Shown here piece by piece: positions 11,169-21,800 of a stretch of DNA of 64,000 bases. Position numbers and translations under genes: made by a program. The stretch is from a virus (Duplodnaviria > Caudoviricetes), in IMG/VR virus record IMGVR_UViG_3300017911_002159, positions 32,001-96,000 of that record. The stretch is one strand, 5' to 3'. Numbering within the stretch: position 1 is the first letter of the stretch; the number at the start of each line of letters is the position of its first letter. The notes beneath the pieces were generated by a model, which worked only from the letters and a program-made list of their open reading frames with translations, was not told the origin of the DNA and ran no database searches.

Positions 11169-12013
11169 TGCTAGGACATATCTTTTTTCACGATCTTATA
11201 AGAAAGTATGTTGTTACTTTTGGTACACTGTTTAACGACATTAAGTTAAGAAGAACCAATAGGCTTGGTGTTGTTGCTCAGACCATTGAGGTTCCTTTAA
11301 CATATGGTCCAAGAGACAAATTTGTTACAAGATTACAGCAAGATTCGGATTTAAATTCACAGGTAGGAATTACTCTTCCAAGAATTTCTTTTGAAATTGT
11401 AAGAATGGGTTTTGATCCATCAAGACAACTGCCATCTACAAACAAAATTATACATGATGGTGCAGCAAATAAAGTAAAAAGAGTTTTTACTTACGTGCCA
11501 TACGATATTCAATTTTCTTTGAACATTTACACAATGACAAACGAAGATGGTGTTAGAATTGTTGAGCAGATTTTACCATTTTTTATTCCTCAGTTTACTC
11601 CTACAGTTCAGCTTTTGGAAGAACCAGATATCAAAATGGATCTGCCAATAATTTTAAATGGGGTCACCACTCAAGATCTATATGATGGATCTTTTGATCA
11701 AAGAAGAGTTTTAGTTCATACTATGGACTTTTTAATGAAGGCTTACATGATTGGGCCGGTGGTTGAGAAACCTTTAATTCTGTTTGCTAACACTAACTTT
11801 AGAATTGATGGTTTCAATCAAACTATTGGGTCTGCTAATACTGATGTAGAGGCATTCAAAATCAGACCCGGCCAGTTTGCAAACGGTGATCCTACCAGCA
11901 ATGGTGCTCTTTCTGTTGCAGCAAATACCATTTTGCCAAATTCCAATTTTGGTTTTATTACTACATTCTCTTCAAGTGTTATGGCTAACGATTCGGTGAT
12001 TACAATAGGATGA
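11168..12013 (+). CDS. 15: Tail sheath stabiliser/terminator gp15
   Basis: RKYVVTFGTLFNDI; VPLTYGP; LPRISFE; EQILPFF.P. Confidence 0.9.
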   Translation: MLGHIFFHDLIRKYVVTFGTLFNDIKLRRTNRLGVVAQTIEVPLTYGPRDKFVTRLQQDSDLNSQVGITLPRISFEIVRMGFDPSRQLPSTNKIIHDGAANKVKRVFTYVPYDIQFSLNIYTMTNEDGVRIVEQILPFFIPQFTPTVQLLEEPDIKMDLPIILNGVTTQDLYDGSFDQRRVLVHTMDFLMKAYMIGPVVEKPLILFANTNFRIDGFNQTIGSANTDVEAFKIRPGQFANGDPTSNGALSVAANTILPNSNFGFITTFSSSVMANDSVITIG

Positions 12014-12387
12014 ATAAAAAACAATTAAATGAAGTTTTGAATATACAGGAAACGGTTGAATTACAACCAACCTCTCAAGATGATGATGAAGAAATTGATA
12101 GTGAATATCTTTATACAAAACAAAATCTACATCACATCATTGATCGAGGCTCTGATGCTTTAGAAGAAATGCTAATGATAGCAAAGCAGACTGAGCAGCC
12201 ACGTGCATTTGAGGTAGTTTCGACACTTCTTAAAACTTTATCTGATGCTAACAAAGATTTATTAGAGCTTAAGAACAAACAAAAAACATTAAAAGGTGAA
12301 AAGAATGCACCGAAGAATGTTACTAATGCATTGTTTGTTGGTAGTACAGCAGAGCTTCAGAAAATGATTAAGGAAGCTAAAAAATGA
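12010..12387 (+). CDS. 16: Terminase small subunit gp16
   Basis: PRAFEV; NALFVGSTAELQKM. Confidence 0.9.
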   Translation: MNKKQLNEVLNIQETVELQPTSQDDDEEIDSEYLYTKQNLHHIIDRGSDALEEMLMIAKQTEQPRAFEVVSTLLKTLSDANKDLLELKNKQKTLKGEKNAPKNVTNALFVGSTAELQKMIKEAKK

Positions 12388-13979
12388 GTGAGGATAGAAA
12401 AGATGCCTATCTTGGCAACATGAACCTTAAAAGGTCTGGTGTTGAGGTAGAATATACTCAAGAAGAAATGCAAGAGTATATTAAATGTGCTCAAAACCCA
12501 TTATACTTTTTTGAAAACTACATAAAAATTGTTAATGTTGATAAGGGCTTAGTTCTTTTTCAGCCTTACGATTTTCAGAAAGAAATTATTGATCTTGCTG
12601 TAAAAGAAAGATTTGTAATTTGTAAGTTGCCAAGACAGTCAGGTAAAACAACTACGATTGCAGCAGTATTGCTTTGGTATGTTTTGTTCAACGAAAGTTT
12701 TAGTATTGCTATTCTTGCCAATAAAATGCAGCAGTCACGTGAGATTTTGGGAAGAATTCAACTTGCTTATGAACATTTGCCAAGATGGTTGCAGCAAGGT
12801 GTTCTTGAATGGAACAAAGGTAATATTGAATTAGAAAACGGATCTAAAATTCTAGCATCTGCTACATCCTCGTCTGCTGTTCGTGGTGGTTCTTTCAACC
12901 TCATTTACATGGACGAGCTTGCATTCGTATCTCCTAACATTCAAGAGGAATTCTTTGCCTCGGTTTATCCTACAATTTCTTCGGGTAAAACATCTAAAAT
13001 TTTAATTACATCTACACCAAATGGTTTGGATATGTTCTACAGAATCTGGTCTGATTCTGAACAGGGGAAAAACTCTTACAAAAGAGTGCAGGTAAATTGG
13101 TGGGATGTTCCGGGACGTGATGAAAAGTTTAAAGAAGAAACTATTGCTAACACGTCTGAAGAGCAATGGCGTGTGGAATTTGAGTGTGAATTCTTAGGTT
13201 CTCAGTTTACTCTTATTGATCCTAAGTTTTTAAGACAAATGTATCCAGAAAAACCTAAAACATTTAATGATAGAACAGCCATTTACGAAGAACCAGAAGC
13301 AAATAAAATTTATGTTATGACTTGTGACGTAGCTAGAGGCGTCAATCTTGATTACTCTGCTATTTCTGTAGTTGATGTCACCCAAGTTCCTTACAAAATG
13401 GTTGCTAGATTCAAAGCTAACAATGTTACAGTACAAGAGTTTCCAAAAATCATTTATGAACTTGGTATGAAGTATAATGAAGCTTTTTGTATGGTTGAAA
13501 TTAACGATGTGGGACAACAGGTTGCTGATATTTTGGAAAGAGATCTTGAATATCAAAATTTAGTATCGACCTCATTCAAAGGAAGAGGTGGTGTCAAAAT
13601 CAGTTCTGGTTTTGGTGGGGTAAATATGGTTAACGGCCTAAGAACTACACTCAAAACTAAAAAAATTGGTTGTTCAAACTTAAAAACCTTAATTGAAAAC
13701 AAAAAATTACTTGCAAATGATTTTGAAGTTATTAGTGAACTTTCTACATTTATTTCTAATGGACAGTCTTTTGCAGCAGATAAAGGTAAAAATGATGACA
13801 TTGTAATGACACTTGTGATGTTTGGGTGGATGACAACACAAGATTACTTCAAGGATCTTACTGATACAGATTATGTAAAAAATTTATTAGAAGAAAAAAA
13901 GGAAGATATGGATACAATGCTTCCTTTTGGGTTCATCGATTCAGGAAATCCTTTTGATGATGACGGCTTCAGGTTGTGA
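12384..13979 (+). CDS. 17: Terminase large subunit gp17
   Basis: Walker A PRQSGKTT; Walker B IYMDE; ITSTPNG; nuclease DVARG...DYS...DDIVM. Confidence 0.95.
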   Translation: MSEDRKDAYLGNMNLKRSGVEVEYTQEEMQEYIKCAQNPLYFFENYIKIVNVDKGLVLFQPYDFQKEIIDLAVKERFVICKLPRQSGKTTTIAAVLLWYVLFNESFSIAILANKMQQSREILGRIQLAYEHLPRWLQQGVLEWNKGNIELENGSKILASATSSSAVRGGSFNLIYMDELAFVSPNIQEEFFASVYPTISSGKTSKILITSTPNGLDMFYRIWSDSEQGKNSYKRVQVNWWDVPGRDEKFKEETIANTSEEQWRVEFECEFLGSQFTLIDPKFLRQMYPEKPKTFNDRTAIYEEPEANKIYVMTCDVARGVNLDYSAISVVDVTQVPYKMVARFKANNVTVQEFPKIIYELGMKYNEAFCMVEINDVGQQVADILERDLEYQNLVSTSFKGRGGVKISSGFGGVNMVNGLRTTLKTKKIGCSNLKTLIENKKLLANDFEVISELSTFISNGQSFAADKGKNDDIVMTLVMFGWMTTQDYFKDLTDTDYVKNLLEEKKEDMDTMLPFGFIDSGNPFDDDGFRL

Positions 13980-13992
13980 CAATACTGATTTA

Positions 13993-14000
13993 AATAAATA
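13993..14000 (+). promoter_or_regulatory. Late promoter variant AATAAATA
   Basis: Intergenic, upstream of the AAGGAG RBS of gp18. Confidence 0.55.
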
Positions 14001-14036
14001 AGCTGGAGTGCAGTTTCTTAATCTAAGGAGAATACG

Positions 14037-16070
14037 ATGGCATTTTTAGTCAGTCCGGGAATTCAGGTCAGAGAATTTGACCTTACCACCGTAGTCCCTG
14101 CAGTAGCCACCACGGAAGGTGCTATTGCCGGTGTTTTTCAATGGGGACCAGTAGAACAGAGAGTTTTAGTAAGCAGTGAAAAAAATCTTGCAAGCCGTTT
14201 TGGTGAGCCAACAGCAGATAACTTTGAAACATTCTTTACCGCTGCTTCTTTCCTAGCATATGGCAACCAGCTTTACGTTTCTAGAGCAGTTGATTCCACA
14301 GCATTTAATGCAACGGCAAACGTAGGTGTTGTTGCAAATACTTTAGTAAGAAATGATGATCACTACGAGTCTCTTACTTTTGGTGACTCAGATCTTCTGT
14401 ACATTGCAAAGTATCCGGGTTCGTTGGGCAACAGTCTTCAGATTTCTGTTTGTGATTCTGCAGATGCTTATTCCAACAACCACACTAATGATGATTCCGA
14501 TACTACAGTTGCACTTAAGTTTACTACAGGCGCTAATACAGCTAACCTTGATATTATCAACAATGTTGACGGTTTTGCTACCGCCAACACTGAAATGAAT
14601 ACTATTAGAGGTAAACTGAATGTAGGCGATCTTCTTGAGATTGGCAACACAACCTTAGGCACTCAATTTATCAGAATCACTGAAATTGGATCTGCTTCCA
14701 GAATTGGATCGTCCAACACTTACACTGCTACAATCAAGCTTTCTGAAAAAATGTCTCTGATTTCAGACATTACGATGGATACAGTCAAGAGAAGATGGGG
14801 CTTCTTTAACCTCTTTGATTCTGCACCGGGTACTTCTGACTATGTTGCTGACAGACACTCTGGTGGTGAAGGTGCTAGGGATGAAGTTCACGTAGTTGTT
14901 TTAGACGAAGATGGCGATATCACTGGCCAGAAGAGAACAGTTCTTGAAACATTCTCGAACCTTTCTAGAGCTACTGATGCTAAGACTCCTGATGGTTCTG
15001 CCAACTACTACAAAACAGTCTTAAACACTTCTTCCGATTGGGTTTGGTGGGCTAATGATAGATCTGGAGCAGCTTCGGCTACGGCAGCTAACATTTCTGC
15101 TTCAACAAATGAAGATCCACTTTATCAGTCGTTTACACAAGGTGCGGGTGAAGGTGACGAAAGCACAGTTTCTTTAGGTGCACTTCAAACAGCATCTGAT
15201 TTGTTTGCTGATCCTGAAAAGGTAGATATTTCTATCTTTATGCAAGGTAAAGCTAGAGGTGGTACTAACGGCACGGCTTATGCTAACTACCTCATCGACA
15301 ATGTTGCTGAAAAGAGACTTGACACAGTTGTAACTATCTCTCCTGAAAGAGCCGATGTTGTAGGCAACAGGATCAATCCTGCGGATGATATTGTTACTTT
15401 TAGAAATAGTCTAAGATCTTCGTCTTACGGTATTTGTGATACCGGCTATAAGTACATGTATGACAAGTACAATGATGTGTTTAGATATGTTCCTCTCAAC
15501 GGTGATATTGCTGGCCTGATGGTCAGAACTGATAACCAGAGAGATCCTTGGTATTCGCCAGCAGGTTTCAATCGTGGTGAACTTAAAAACGTTGTGAGAT
15601 TAGCCTTTAATCCAAATCAGGCGGAAAGAGATGTACTTTACAGAGCAGATGTAAACCCTGTAGCTACTTTCAGAAATCAGGGCAACATTCTGTTTGGCGA
15701 CAAAACACTTCTGGGCAGACCTTCTGCATTCAGCAGAATCAATGTTAGAAGATTGTTTATTGTACTTGAAAAGGCAATTTCTACCGCCGCCAAGTTTACT
15801 CTGTTCGAACTGAATGATGAATTCACTAGAGCACAGTTTGTATCTCTGGTTGAACCGTTCTTAAGAACTGTAAAAGGCCGTAGAGGTATTACAGACTTTA
15901 GAGTAGTTTGTGACGAATCCAATAACACTGCAGAGATTATCGACAGAAATGAATTTGTCGGTGACATCTACATCAAACCTGCAAGATCTATTAACTTTAT
16001 CCGACTCAACTTTGTGGCTGTCAGAACAGGTGTGGCATTTGAAGAGATCGTCGGAAGATTTGGAGGATAA
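14037..16070 (+). CDS. 18: Tail sheath protein gp18
   Basis: SPGIQVREFDLT; PWYSPAGFNRG; RINVRRLF; IKPARSINFI. Confidence 0.95.
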   Translation: MAFLVSPGIQVREFDLTTVVPAVATTEGAIAGVFQWGPVEQRVLVSSEKNLASRFGEPTADNFETFFTAASFLAYGNQLYVSRAVDSTAFNATANVGVVANTLVRNDDHYESLTFGDSDLLYIAKYPGSLGNSLQISVCDSADAYSNNHTNDDSDTTVALKFTTGANTANLDIINNVDGFATANTEMNTIRGKLNVGDLLEIGNTTLGTQFIRITEIGSASRIGSSNTYTATIKLSEKMSLISDITMDTVKRRWGFFNLFDSAPGTSDYVADRHSGGEGARDEVHVVVLDEDGDITGQKRTVLETFSNLSRATDAKTPDGSANYYKTVLNTSSDWVWWANDRSGAASATAANISASTNEDPLYQSFTQGAGEGDESTVSLGALQTASDLFADPEKVDISIFMQGKARGGTNGTAYANYLIDNVAEKRLDTVVTISPERADVVGNRINPADDIVTFRNSLRSSSYGICDTGYKYMYDKYNDVFRYVPLNGDIAGLMVRTDNQRDPWYSPAGFNRGELKNVVRLAFNPNQAERDVLYRADVNPVATFRNQGNILFGDKTLLGRPSAFSRINVRRLFIVLEKAISTAAKFTLFELNDEFTRAQFVSLVEPFLRTVKGRRGITDFRVVCDESNNTAEIIDRNEFVGDIYIKPARSINFIRLNFVAVRTGVAFEEIVGRFGG

Positions 16071-16075
16071 GATAA

Positions 16076-16672
16076 ATGACATTTAACATCAACGCTTTTA
16101 GAGAAGAGTTGGAATTTGGAGGTGCAAGAGCCTCCTTATTCTCCATCGAACTTCAAAATCCGGTGGATGGCCGTGGCGATGATAAAATTAGGTTTATGGC
16201 TAGATCTACAGCTATTCCTACCTCGTCTATTGGTTTCAGCGAGATCCCTTACTTTGGCAGAACTATCAAAGTTGCTGGTCAAAGAAGATATGATGACTGG
16301 CTTATCACAGTGATCAACGATGAAGATTTCGTTGTAAGACATGCACTTGAAGCTTGGCACAACTCTTTGAATTCACATGAACCAAACATTAGAGATGCTA
16401 ATTACGAGAGACCAGAGTCTTATAAAAGAGATGGTTCTGTAATTCAGTACTCCAAGTCTGGTGAAATTCTTAGAAAGTATAAGTTTGTAGGCTGTTTTCC
16501 GTCTGACATCACAGCGATTGGCTTAGATTGGGCGCAGTCTGATGTAATTGAAGAATTTCAGGTAAACTTTAAATACGATTATTGGTTACTTGATGAGCAA
16601 GTTAGTGCTAGAACAAATGTAAATACACCCGGCAATGAAGGTGAATTTGTAGCCGAAGGCAGAGCACTCTAA
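16076..16672 (+). CDS. 19: Tail tube protein gp19
   Basis: GGAR.SLF; PYFGR.IKVAG.R.Y.DW..TVINDEDF; IEEF.V.F.YDYW. Confidence 0.93.
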   Translation: MTFNINAFREELEFGGARASLFSIELQNPVDGRGDDKIRFMARSTAIPTSSIGFSEIPYFGRTIKVAGQRRYDDWLITVINDEDFVVRHALEAWHNSLNSHEPNIRDANYERPESYKRDGSVIQYSKSGEILRKYKFVGCFPSDITAIGLDWAQSDVIEEFQVNFKYDYWLLDEQVSARTNVNTPGNEGEFVAEGRAL

Positions 16673-16688
16673 CTTAAGGTATTAAATA

Positions 16689-18215
16689 GTGGAAATTTTT
16701 GGTTTCAAAATTGAACGTCTCCAACAAAACGGAGACGATAAAACTATCAAGACGTTTACTCAGCCGGAGTTTGATGATGGCGCAGTCACCATCAGCACCG
16801 GCGGGGTATACGGTACTTATGTGGACCTTGACGGTTCCGTAAGAAATGATGTTGAGCTAATCAATAAGTACAGAGAAATGATCATGCAGCCAGAAGTTGA
16901 GGTGGCTGTTGATGATATTATTAATGAGGTTATCAATCCTGATGAGGCTGGTGATACTCTAAGAATTTCTTTGGATAAAGTAAATTTATCAGAACAAGTA
17001 AAAAATATCATCTATGCTGAGTTTGAACAGATTGTTGATCTTTTAGAGTTTCGTGAGAAATCCTATGAGATTTTTAGAAAATGGTACGTTGATGGCAGAT
17101 TGTATTTTCACGTTGTTATTGATGAAAAAAGACCGGAGCTAGGCATTCAAGAGCTTCGTTACGTGGACCCTAGAAAAATTAAAAGGGTTGTTGAGTTTCA
17201 AGAGAAACGTGACGAAAAAACAAATCACTCTGAAAAAAGAATTAAGAACGAGTACTACGTTTATAGCAATGAGGGGTTTGTTGGTAGTAATGTATCGGCT
17301 ACTCCACAAACTGCATCTACAATTAAAATCTCTCCAGATTCCATTGTATATTGTGACTCCGGTATTATGGACAGGGCCAACAAAATGGTGCTGTCTCATC
17401 TTCATAAAGCTATCAAGCCTGTAAATCAGCTTAGAGCTTTGGAAGATGCTGCTGTCATTTATAGACTTGCTAGAGCACCAGAAAGAAGAATCTTCTACAT
17501 CGACGTTGGTAACCTTCCTAAGATGAAGGCAGAACAATATCTCCGTGATATGATGCAGAAGCATAAGAACAAACTGGTTTACGATGCATCCTCTGGTGAG
17601 ATCAGAGATGATCGTAAGTTTATGACTATGCTTGAAGACTACTGGTTGCCTAGAAGAGAGGGTGGCCGTGGTACGGAGATTGGTACTCTTCCCGGCGGCA
17701 ATAACCTTGGCCAGATGGAAGATATTCTTTATTTCCAAAAGAAACTTTACAGAGCACTTAATGTTCCTGTTTCGAGAATGGAAGCTGAAGTGTCTTATAC
17801 ACTTGGTAGAGCTTCTGAAATCAATAGGGATGAAGTTAAGTTTCATAAGTTCGTAAAGAGATTAAGAGTTAAGTTCAATGAGTTCATTTACAGATGTCTT
17901 AAGACCCAATTGGTTTTAAAGGGCATTATGAACATCTCTGAATTTGAGGCTATCAAAAAACAAGTTCTTGTCAGATACAACGAAAACAATTTCTACACTG
18001 AACTTAAAGAGAACGAAATTCTCCGTGAGAGAATGATGACTATGCAGCAAGCAGAGCAGTACAACGGTAAATACTTCTCTTCTGACTACATCAAAAGACA
18101 TATTCTTAAGCAATCCAATGCTGAGATTGAAAGAATTGCTCTTCAGAACATGCAAGAAATGTCTCAAATGCAGCAAGCAAGACAAAAAAACATGTATGAA
18201 GAAGATGATAAATAA
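16689..18215 (+). CDS. 20: Portal protein gp20
   Basis: WYVDGRLYFH; YRLARAPERRIFYIDVGNLPK; MLEDYWLPRREGGRGTEI. GTG start. Confidence 0.95.
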   Translation: MEIFGFKIERLQQNGDDKTIKTFTQPEFDDGAVTISTGGVYGTYVDLDGSVRNDVELINKYREMIMQPEVEVAVDDIINEVINPDEAGDTLRISLDKVNLSEQVKNIIYAEFEQIVDLLEFREKSYEIFRKWYVDGRLYFHVVIDEKRPELGIQELRYVDPRKIKRVVEFQEKRDEKTNHSEKRIKNEYYVYSNEGFVGSNVSATPQTASTIKISPDSIVYCDSGIMDRANKMVLSHLHKAIKPVNQLRALEDAAVIYRLARAPERRIFYIDVGNLPKMKAEQYLRDMMQKHKNKLVYDASSGEIRDDRKFMTMLEDYWLPRREGGRGTEIGTLPGGNNLGQMEDILYFQKKLYRALNVPVSRMEAEVSYTLGRASEINRDEVKFHKFVKRLRVKFNEFIYRCLKTQLVLKGIMNISEFEAIKKQVLVRYNENNFYTELKENEILRERMMTMQQAEQYNGKYFSSDYIKRHILKQSNAEIERIALQNMQEMSQMQQARQKNMYEEDDK

Positions 18216-18235
18216 AGGAAACAAAGGAGATAGTC

Positions 18236-18643
18236 ATGTCTAGAGTAAAAAATATTATTCATGCCATTGCTGAAGACAACCTTGGTGATGCTATGGAGAC
18301 CTTTAAGTCTGTCATGGCTTCTAAACTCATGGAAAAAATTGAAGACCGTAAGGTTGAGGTTCAAAGAGAAATTTCTGAGTCATACCCAGAAATTTTTGAT
18401 TCCAAGTCTGATGAAGAAGCTGTTGACGATCACACCGTAGAAATCTCTGAGCCTGTTCCAAATATGGATATGGACGTTGCTGTTGAGCCAGAAGGTGGTC
18501 ACAGAGAAGCAGACTACGATGGTACTGAAGACGAAGAAGTTTACGAAGAAGAAGAACCAAAACCAGACTTTTTAGATTTAGATAAAGATGGTGATAAAGA
18601 AGAACCTATGAGTCAAGCTGCTGCAGACGCAGAAGAAGAATAA
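18236..18643 (+). CDS. Acidic prohead core protein (gp67-like)
   Basis: Follows the portal; highly acidic; DLDKDGD motif near the C-terminus. Confidence 0.6.
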   Translation: MSRVKNIIHAIAEDNLGDAMETFKSVMASKLMEKIEDRKVEVQREISESYPEIFDSKSDEEAVDDHTVEISEPVPNMDMDVAVEPEGGHREADYDGTEDEEVYEEEEPKPDFLDLDKDGDKEEPMSQAAADAEEE

Positions 18644-18652
18644 GAGGTTAAA

Positions 18653-20035
18653 ATGGCTGATTTTAAAGACACTTCATATTACAAAGAGGGTTCCATTAAA
18701 GGTGATGGTAAACTAGCTTCAGGCTACCGAGTTGTTGGCTCTTGGGCTGGCAACCAAAGGGGTGTTGTTTCTGGTGATATCTACGACTCTAAATTCGGTC
18801 CCGGAACTTCATCAGTTCCAGTTTTTGCTAAAACTAGCGCTGTACTTGCTTTAAATAAATTAAACATCAACAATGAAGAAAAATGGCAAATTACAATTGG
18901 TAAAGTGCCGTCAAAAAATTTCTCAGGCGGTAACTCTACATATGCACCAGAATTGATTAATGGTGATGGATTTATTTTTAGGTTCAGAATCAAAGATTAT
19001 AATTACACTGTTGGTGATAGTGATGAACTTTTACGTGGTTTGATCGAAGCAGGCTTTAACAAAATTAATATGGGTCTGAAAGGTACTGACAAAGTTGTAT
19101 ATGCAGCACGTGCAGGAACTGGTCTTTATCTTTCTGGCACTTCCGTTGAAGCTTCTAAAGAATCTCACCCGGTTTACAGACTGCATAAAATGGTAATCGG
19201 TGGTAAGTACATGCTTATTCATTCCGATGCTATGAAAAAGCTTCCAATCTCTCCAAAAAGGTATTTTACAAATTTCAAAACTTTAGTTCATAGAGCACCA
19301 TACTTGGCTGGTCCATTACAGCAAAAACTTTTCTACGTTGACAGACAAGATGAAATCTACGGCGATAATTCCGGTAGAGAACCTGTAAGAGGTATGGGTA
19401 TTAGTGTTGCTGCACTTTCTAGTCTTATTGATGATTACTTAGCTGATAGACTTGACGACGAAAGAATTGATAATTTTAGCCCACGTTTAGTTGAGATTTT
19501 GCAAAAGTATGGTGTGATGGGTTATCAGGAGCCTACGCCACAACCAACTATTCCAGATTCTGGAGATGATACTGGTGGCTTTGGAACCGGCACAATCGGT
19601 GACGATATTACACAGGCTGGTGACGAAATTCAAAAAAATATGAATGTTGTTCAAAGATTTATTAATCTGTTCAACAGTACAATTGGAATGGGTACTCAAC
19701 TCAAAAACATTTGGAATACTGTTACTGCTGCTCTGATTGCAAAGCAAGGTGCAGGATTTTTAGGTCTGACTACTTTAGGTGCAGGCTTATCAATTTCAGC
19801 ACTTGTTGCCTTAGGTATTGGTGGCCAATTTGCTTTTAGAAAATATCTGAAAAACAGAAAGAATCTTAGACAAGCAAGAGAAGCTTCTAGAGACAGGCAG
19901 CTTATGAGAGAACTTGGTATTGCAACTGAACCTCTCAAGAAAAATGCTTCCGATGAAGAACTTCAGGCTCTTATTCGTGAACTTGAAAGACAGGAGTCTA
20001 GAGATCCACAAACAAGAAAGTTGTACGACCTATGA
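18653..20035 (+). CDS. Unknown 460-aa protein in the gp68 position, with a C-terminal hydrophobic Gly-rich segment
   Basis: Long ORF with GAGG RBS that overlaps the gp21 start (ATGA). No recognisable family. Confidence 0.6.
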   Translation: MADFKDTSYYKEGSIKGDGKLASGYRVVGSWAGNQRGVVSGDIYDSKFGPGTSSVPVFAKTSAVLALNKLNINNEEKWQITIGKVPSKNFSGGNSTYAPELINGDGFIFRFRIKDYNYTVGDSDELLRGLIEAGFNKINMGLKGTDKVVYAARAGTGLYLSGTSVEASKESHPVYRLHKMVIGGKYMLIHSDAMKKLPISPKRYFTNFKTLVHRAPYLAGPLQQKLFYVDRQDEIYGDNSGREPVRGMGISVAALSSLIDDYLADRLDDERIDNFSPRLVEILQKYGVMGYQEPTPQPTIPDSGDDTGGFGTGTIGDDITQAGDEIQKNMNVVQRFINLFNSTIGMGTQLKNIWNTVTAALIAKQGAGFLGLTTLGAGLSISALVALGIGGQFAFRKYLKNRKNLRQAREASRDRQLMRELGIATEPLKKNASDEELQALIRELERQESRDPQTRKLYDL

Positions 20036-20688
20036 AGTTAATCACCGAATTAAATGAACAAGTTTCTTTTCTTAAAGAAAACAAAACAGGCAAGCCAGAA
20101 TATTTTTTAGAAGGCATTTTTATTCAAGGTGAGAAAAAGAATAAAAATGGAAGGGTCTATCCTATTGAAATTCTTCAAAAAGAAGTTGCCAAATATAAAG
20201 ATGAACTCGTTTCTAAAAAGAGAGCATTTGGTGAGTTGGGTCACCCTGATGGTCCTACTATTAATTTGGATAGAGTTTCACACATGATTGTGGAAATCGA
20301 ACAGGACGGCAACAACTTTATTGGTTCTGCAAAAATTCTTGATACTCCTAACGGTAAGATTGTTAAGGCTCTTATTGATGAGGGTGCAACACTTGGTGTC
20401 TCAACAAGAGGCATGGGTTCTTTGAAATCACGTGGTGAGTTTCAAGAAGTTCAAGATGATTTTTCTTTAGCTACAGCAGCAGATATTGTGGCAGATCCTT
20501 CTGCTCCTGATGCTTTTGTTAATGGTATTATGGAAGGTGTTGAGTGGGTTTGGCATAATGGTGTTTTAAAGGCTTCTGCTATTGAGAACTACCGAGATAT
20601 CATTGAAGAAAAATCAAGTTCGAGAGAGCTTACACAAGAAGCTAAACTATCTCTTTTCGAAGATTTCCTCAAAAAGTTATCTAAATAA
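20032..20688 (+). CDS. 21: Prohead protease gp21
   Basis: MKLITE; N.NGRVYP; GELGHP; LGVSTRGMGSL; DIVADPSAP.AFV. Confidence 0.95.
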   Translation: MKLITELNEQVSFLKENKTGKPEYFLEGIFIQGEKKNKNGRVYPIEILQKEVAKYKDELVSKKRAFGELGHPDGPTINLDRVSHMIVEIEQDGNNFIGSAKILDTPNGKIVKALIDEGATLGVSTRGMGSLKSRGEFQEVQDDFSLATAADIVADPSAPDAFVNGIMEGVEWVWHNGVLKASAIENYRDIIEEKSSSRELTQEAKLSLFEDFLKKLSK

Positions 20689-20714
20689 ATATACTCAATA
20701 AAGGAGTTTTAAAA

Positions 20715-21788
20715 ATGGCACGAAGAAAAAAAGTTGTTGAATCAACAAATATTCCTCCAGTAGAGGAACCAACACCGGATCTGTCCTCTTCTCGGGTTGT
20801 GGCTGTACAAACGCCATCTAAGAGACCGCAGGATCAGGATCAGGGTGAAGGCATGTCTAGAGCTGAAAAGAACTCTGCAGTTATTAATGCAGTTCTTACA
20901 GCAGATGATGCAAAAGTAAACCAGATCTTAGCTACAGTTGCTGAACCTGCGCCAGAAGCTACAGAGGCGAAGCCTGAAGATAAGAACGAAGAAATTCCAG
21001 ATGAGTCGGCTGCAGTAAACCAGTCCACCATCATGGCTAAAGAAGCTGTTGATACTATTTTTGCGGGTGAACAGCTTTCCGAAGAAATTATGCATAAGGC
21101 GGCTGCTATTTTTGAAGCTACCATCAAACAAAAGATGGAAGAAGTAGAAGACGAAATTATTGCAGAACTTTCTGAAGATTTTGATTATCAGTTCAATCAA
21201 GAAGTAGAAGCATTAACCGAGTCCGTTGACAATTTCCTTAACGATTCTGTTCAAGAATACATGATCGAAAATAAGCTTGTCCTTGATAACGGCATCAAGG
21301 GTGACCTCTACGAAAGCATGATTACCGACATTTCTAAAGTGATCAAGTCTTACAACATTGCAATTGATGACACACAAGTTGAAATGGTCCAAGAGGCTTA
21401 TGGTGAAGTAGATGAGCTTAAGGAAAAGTTAAACGAACAAATCAAAAAGAACATGAACCAGAGATCCCACATCAACGAGCTTGAGAAGGCTCTGGTTTTT
21501 GAAGCAATTTCTGTTGATCTCTCTCTTATGCAAAGAGAAAAACTTAAGAGACTGGCAGAAAATGTTGATGCTGAAAATGCAAATGAACTGAATAACAAGT
21601 TAGTAGCATTAAAAGAAACTTTTATTGGCAATGAGTTTGACACAGCATCTGTACTTAAAGAAGCAAGATCTTCTGATGCATTTTATATGGATGAACAAGT
21701 TGAAGTTGAGCAAAATGATAAATACATCGACGGAAACATTAAAAAATACGTTGATGCAGTTTCAAATCATGTTAAAAAAACAAAGTAA
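20715..21788 (+). CDS. 22: Prohead scaffold protein gp22
   Basis: Acidic coiled coil; LSEE...KAA.IFEA; lies between 21 and 23. Confidence 0.85.
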   Translation: MARRKKVVESTNIPPVEEPTPDLSSSRVVAVQTPSKRPQDQDQGEGMSRAEKNSAVINAVLTADDAKVNQILATVAEPAPEATEAKPEDKNEEIPDESAAVNQSTIMAKEAVDTIFAGEQLSEEIMHKAAAIFEATIKQKMEEVEDEIIAELSEDFDYQFNQEVEALTESVDNFLNDSVQEYMIENKLVLDNGIKGDLYESMITDISKVIKSYNIAIDDTQVEMVQEAYGEVDELKEKLNEQIKKNMNQRSHINELEKALVFEAISVDLSLMQREKLKRLAENVDAENANELNNKLVALKETFIGNEFDTASVLKEARSSDAFYMDEQVEVEQNDKYIDGNIKKYVDAVSNHVKKTK

Positions 21789-21800
21789 TAGGAGTTACAA

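Noticed and set aside
17139-17846. 235-aa antisense ORF within the portal gene, and other short antisense ORFs in the track
   Set aside because: They lie wholly opposite conserved core genes and have no independent support.
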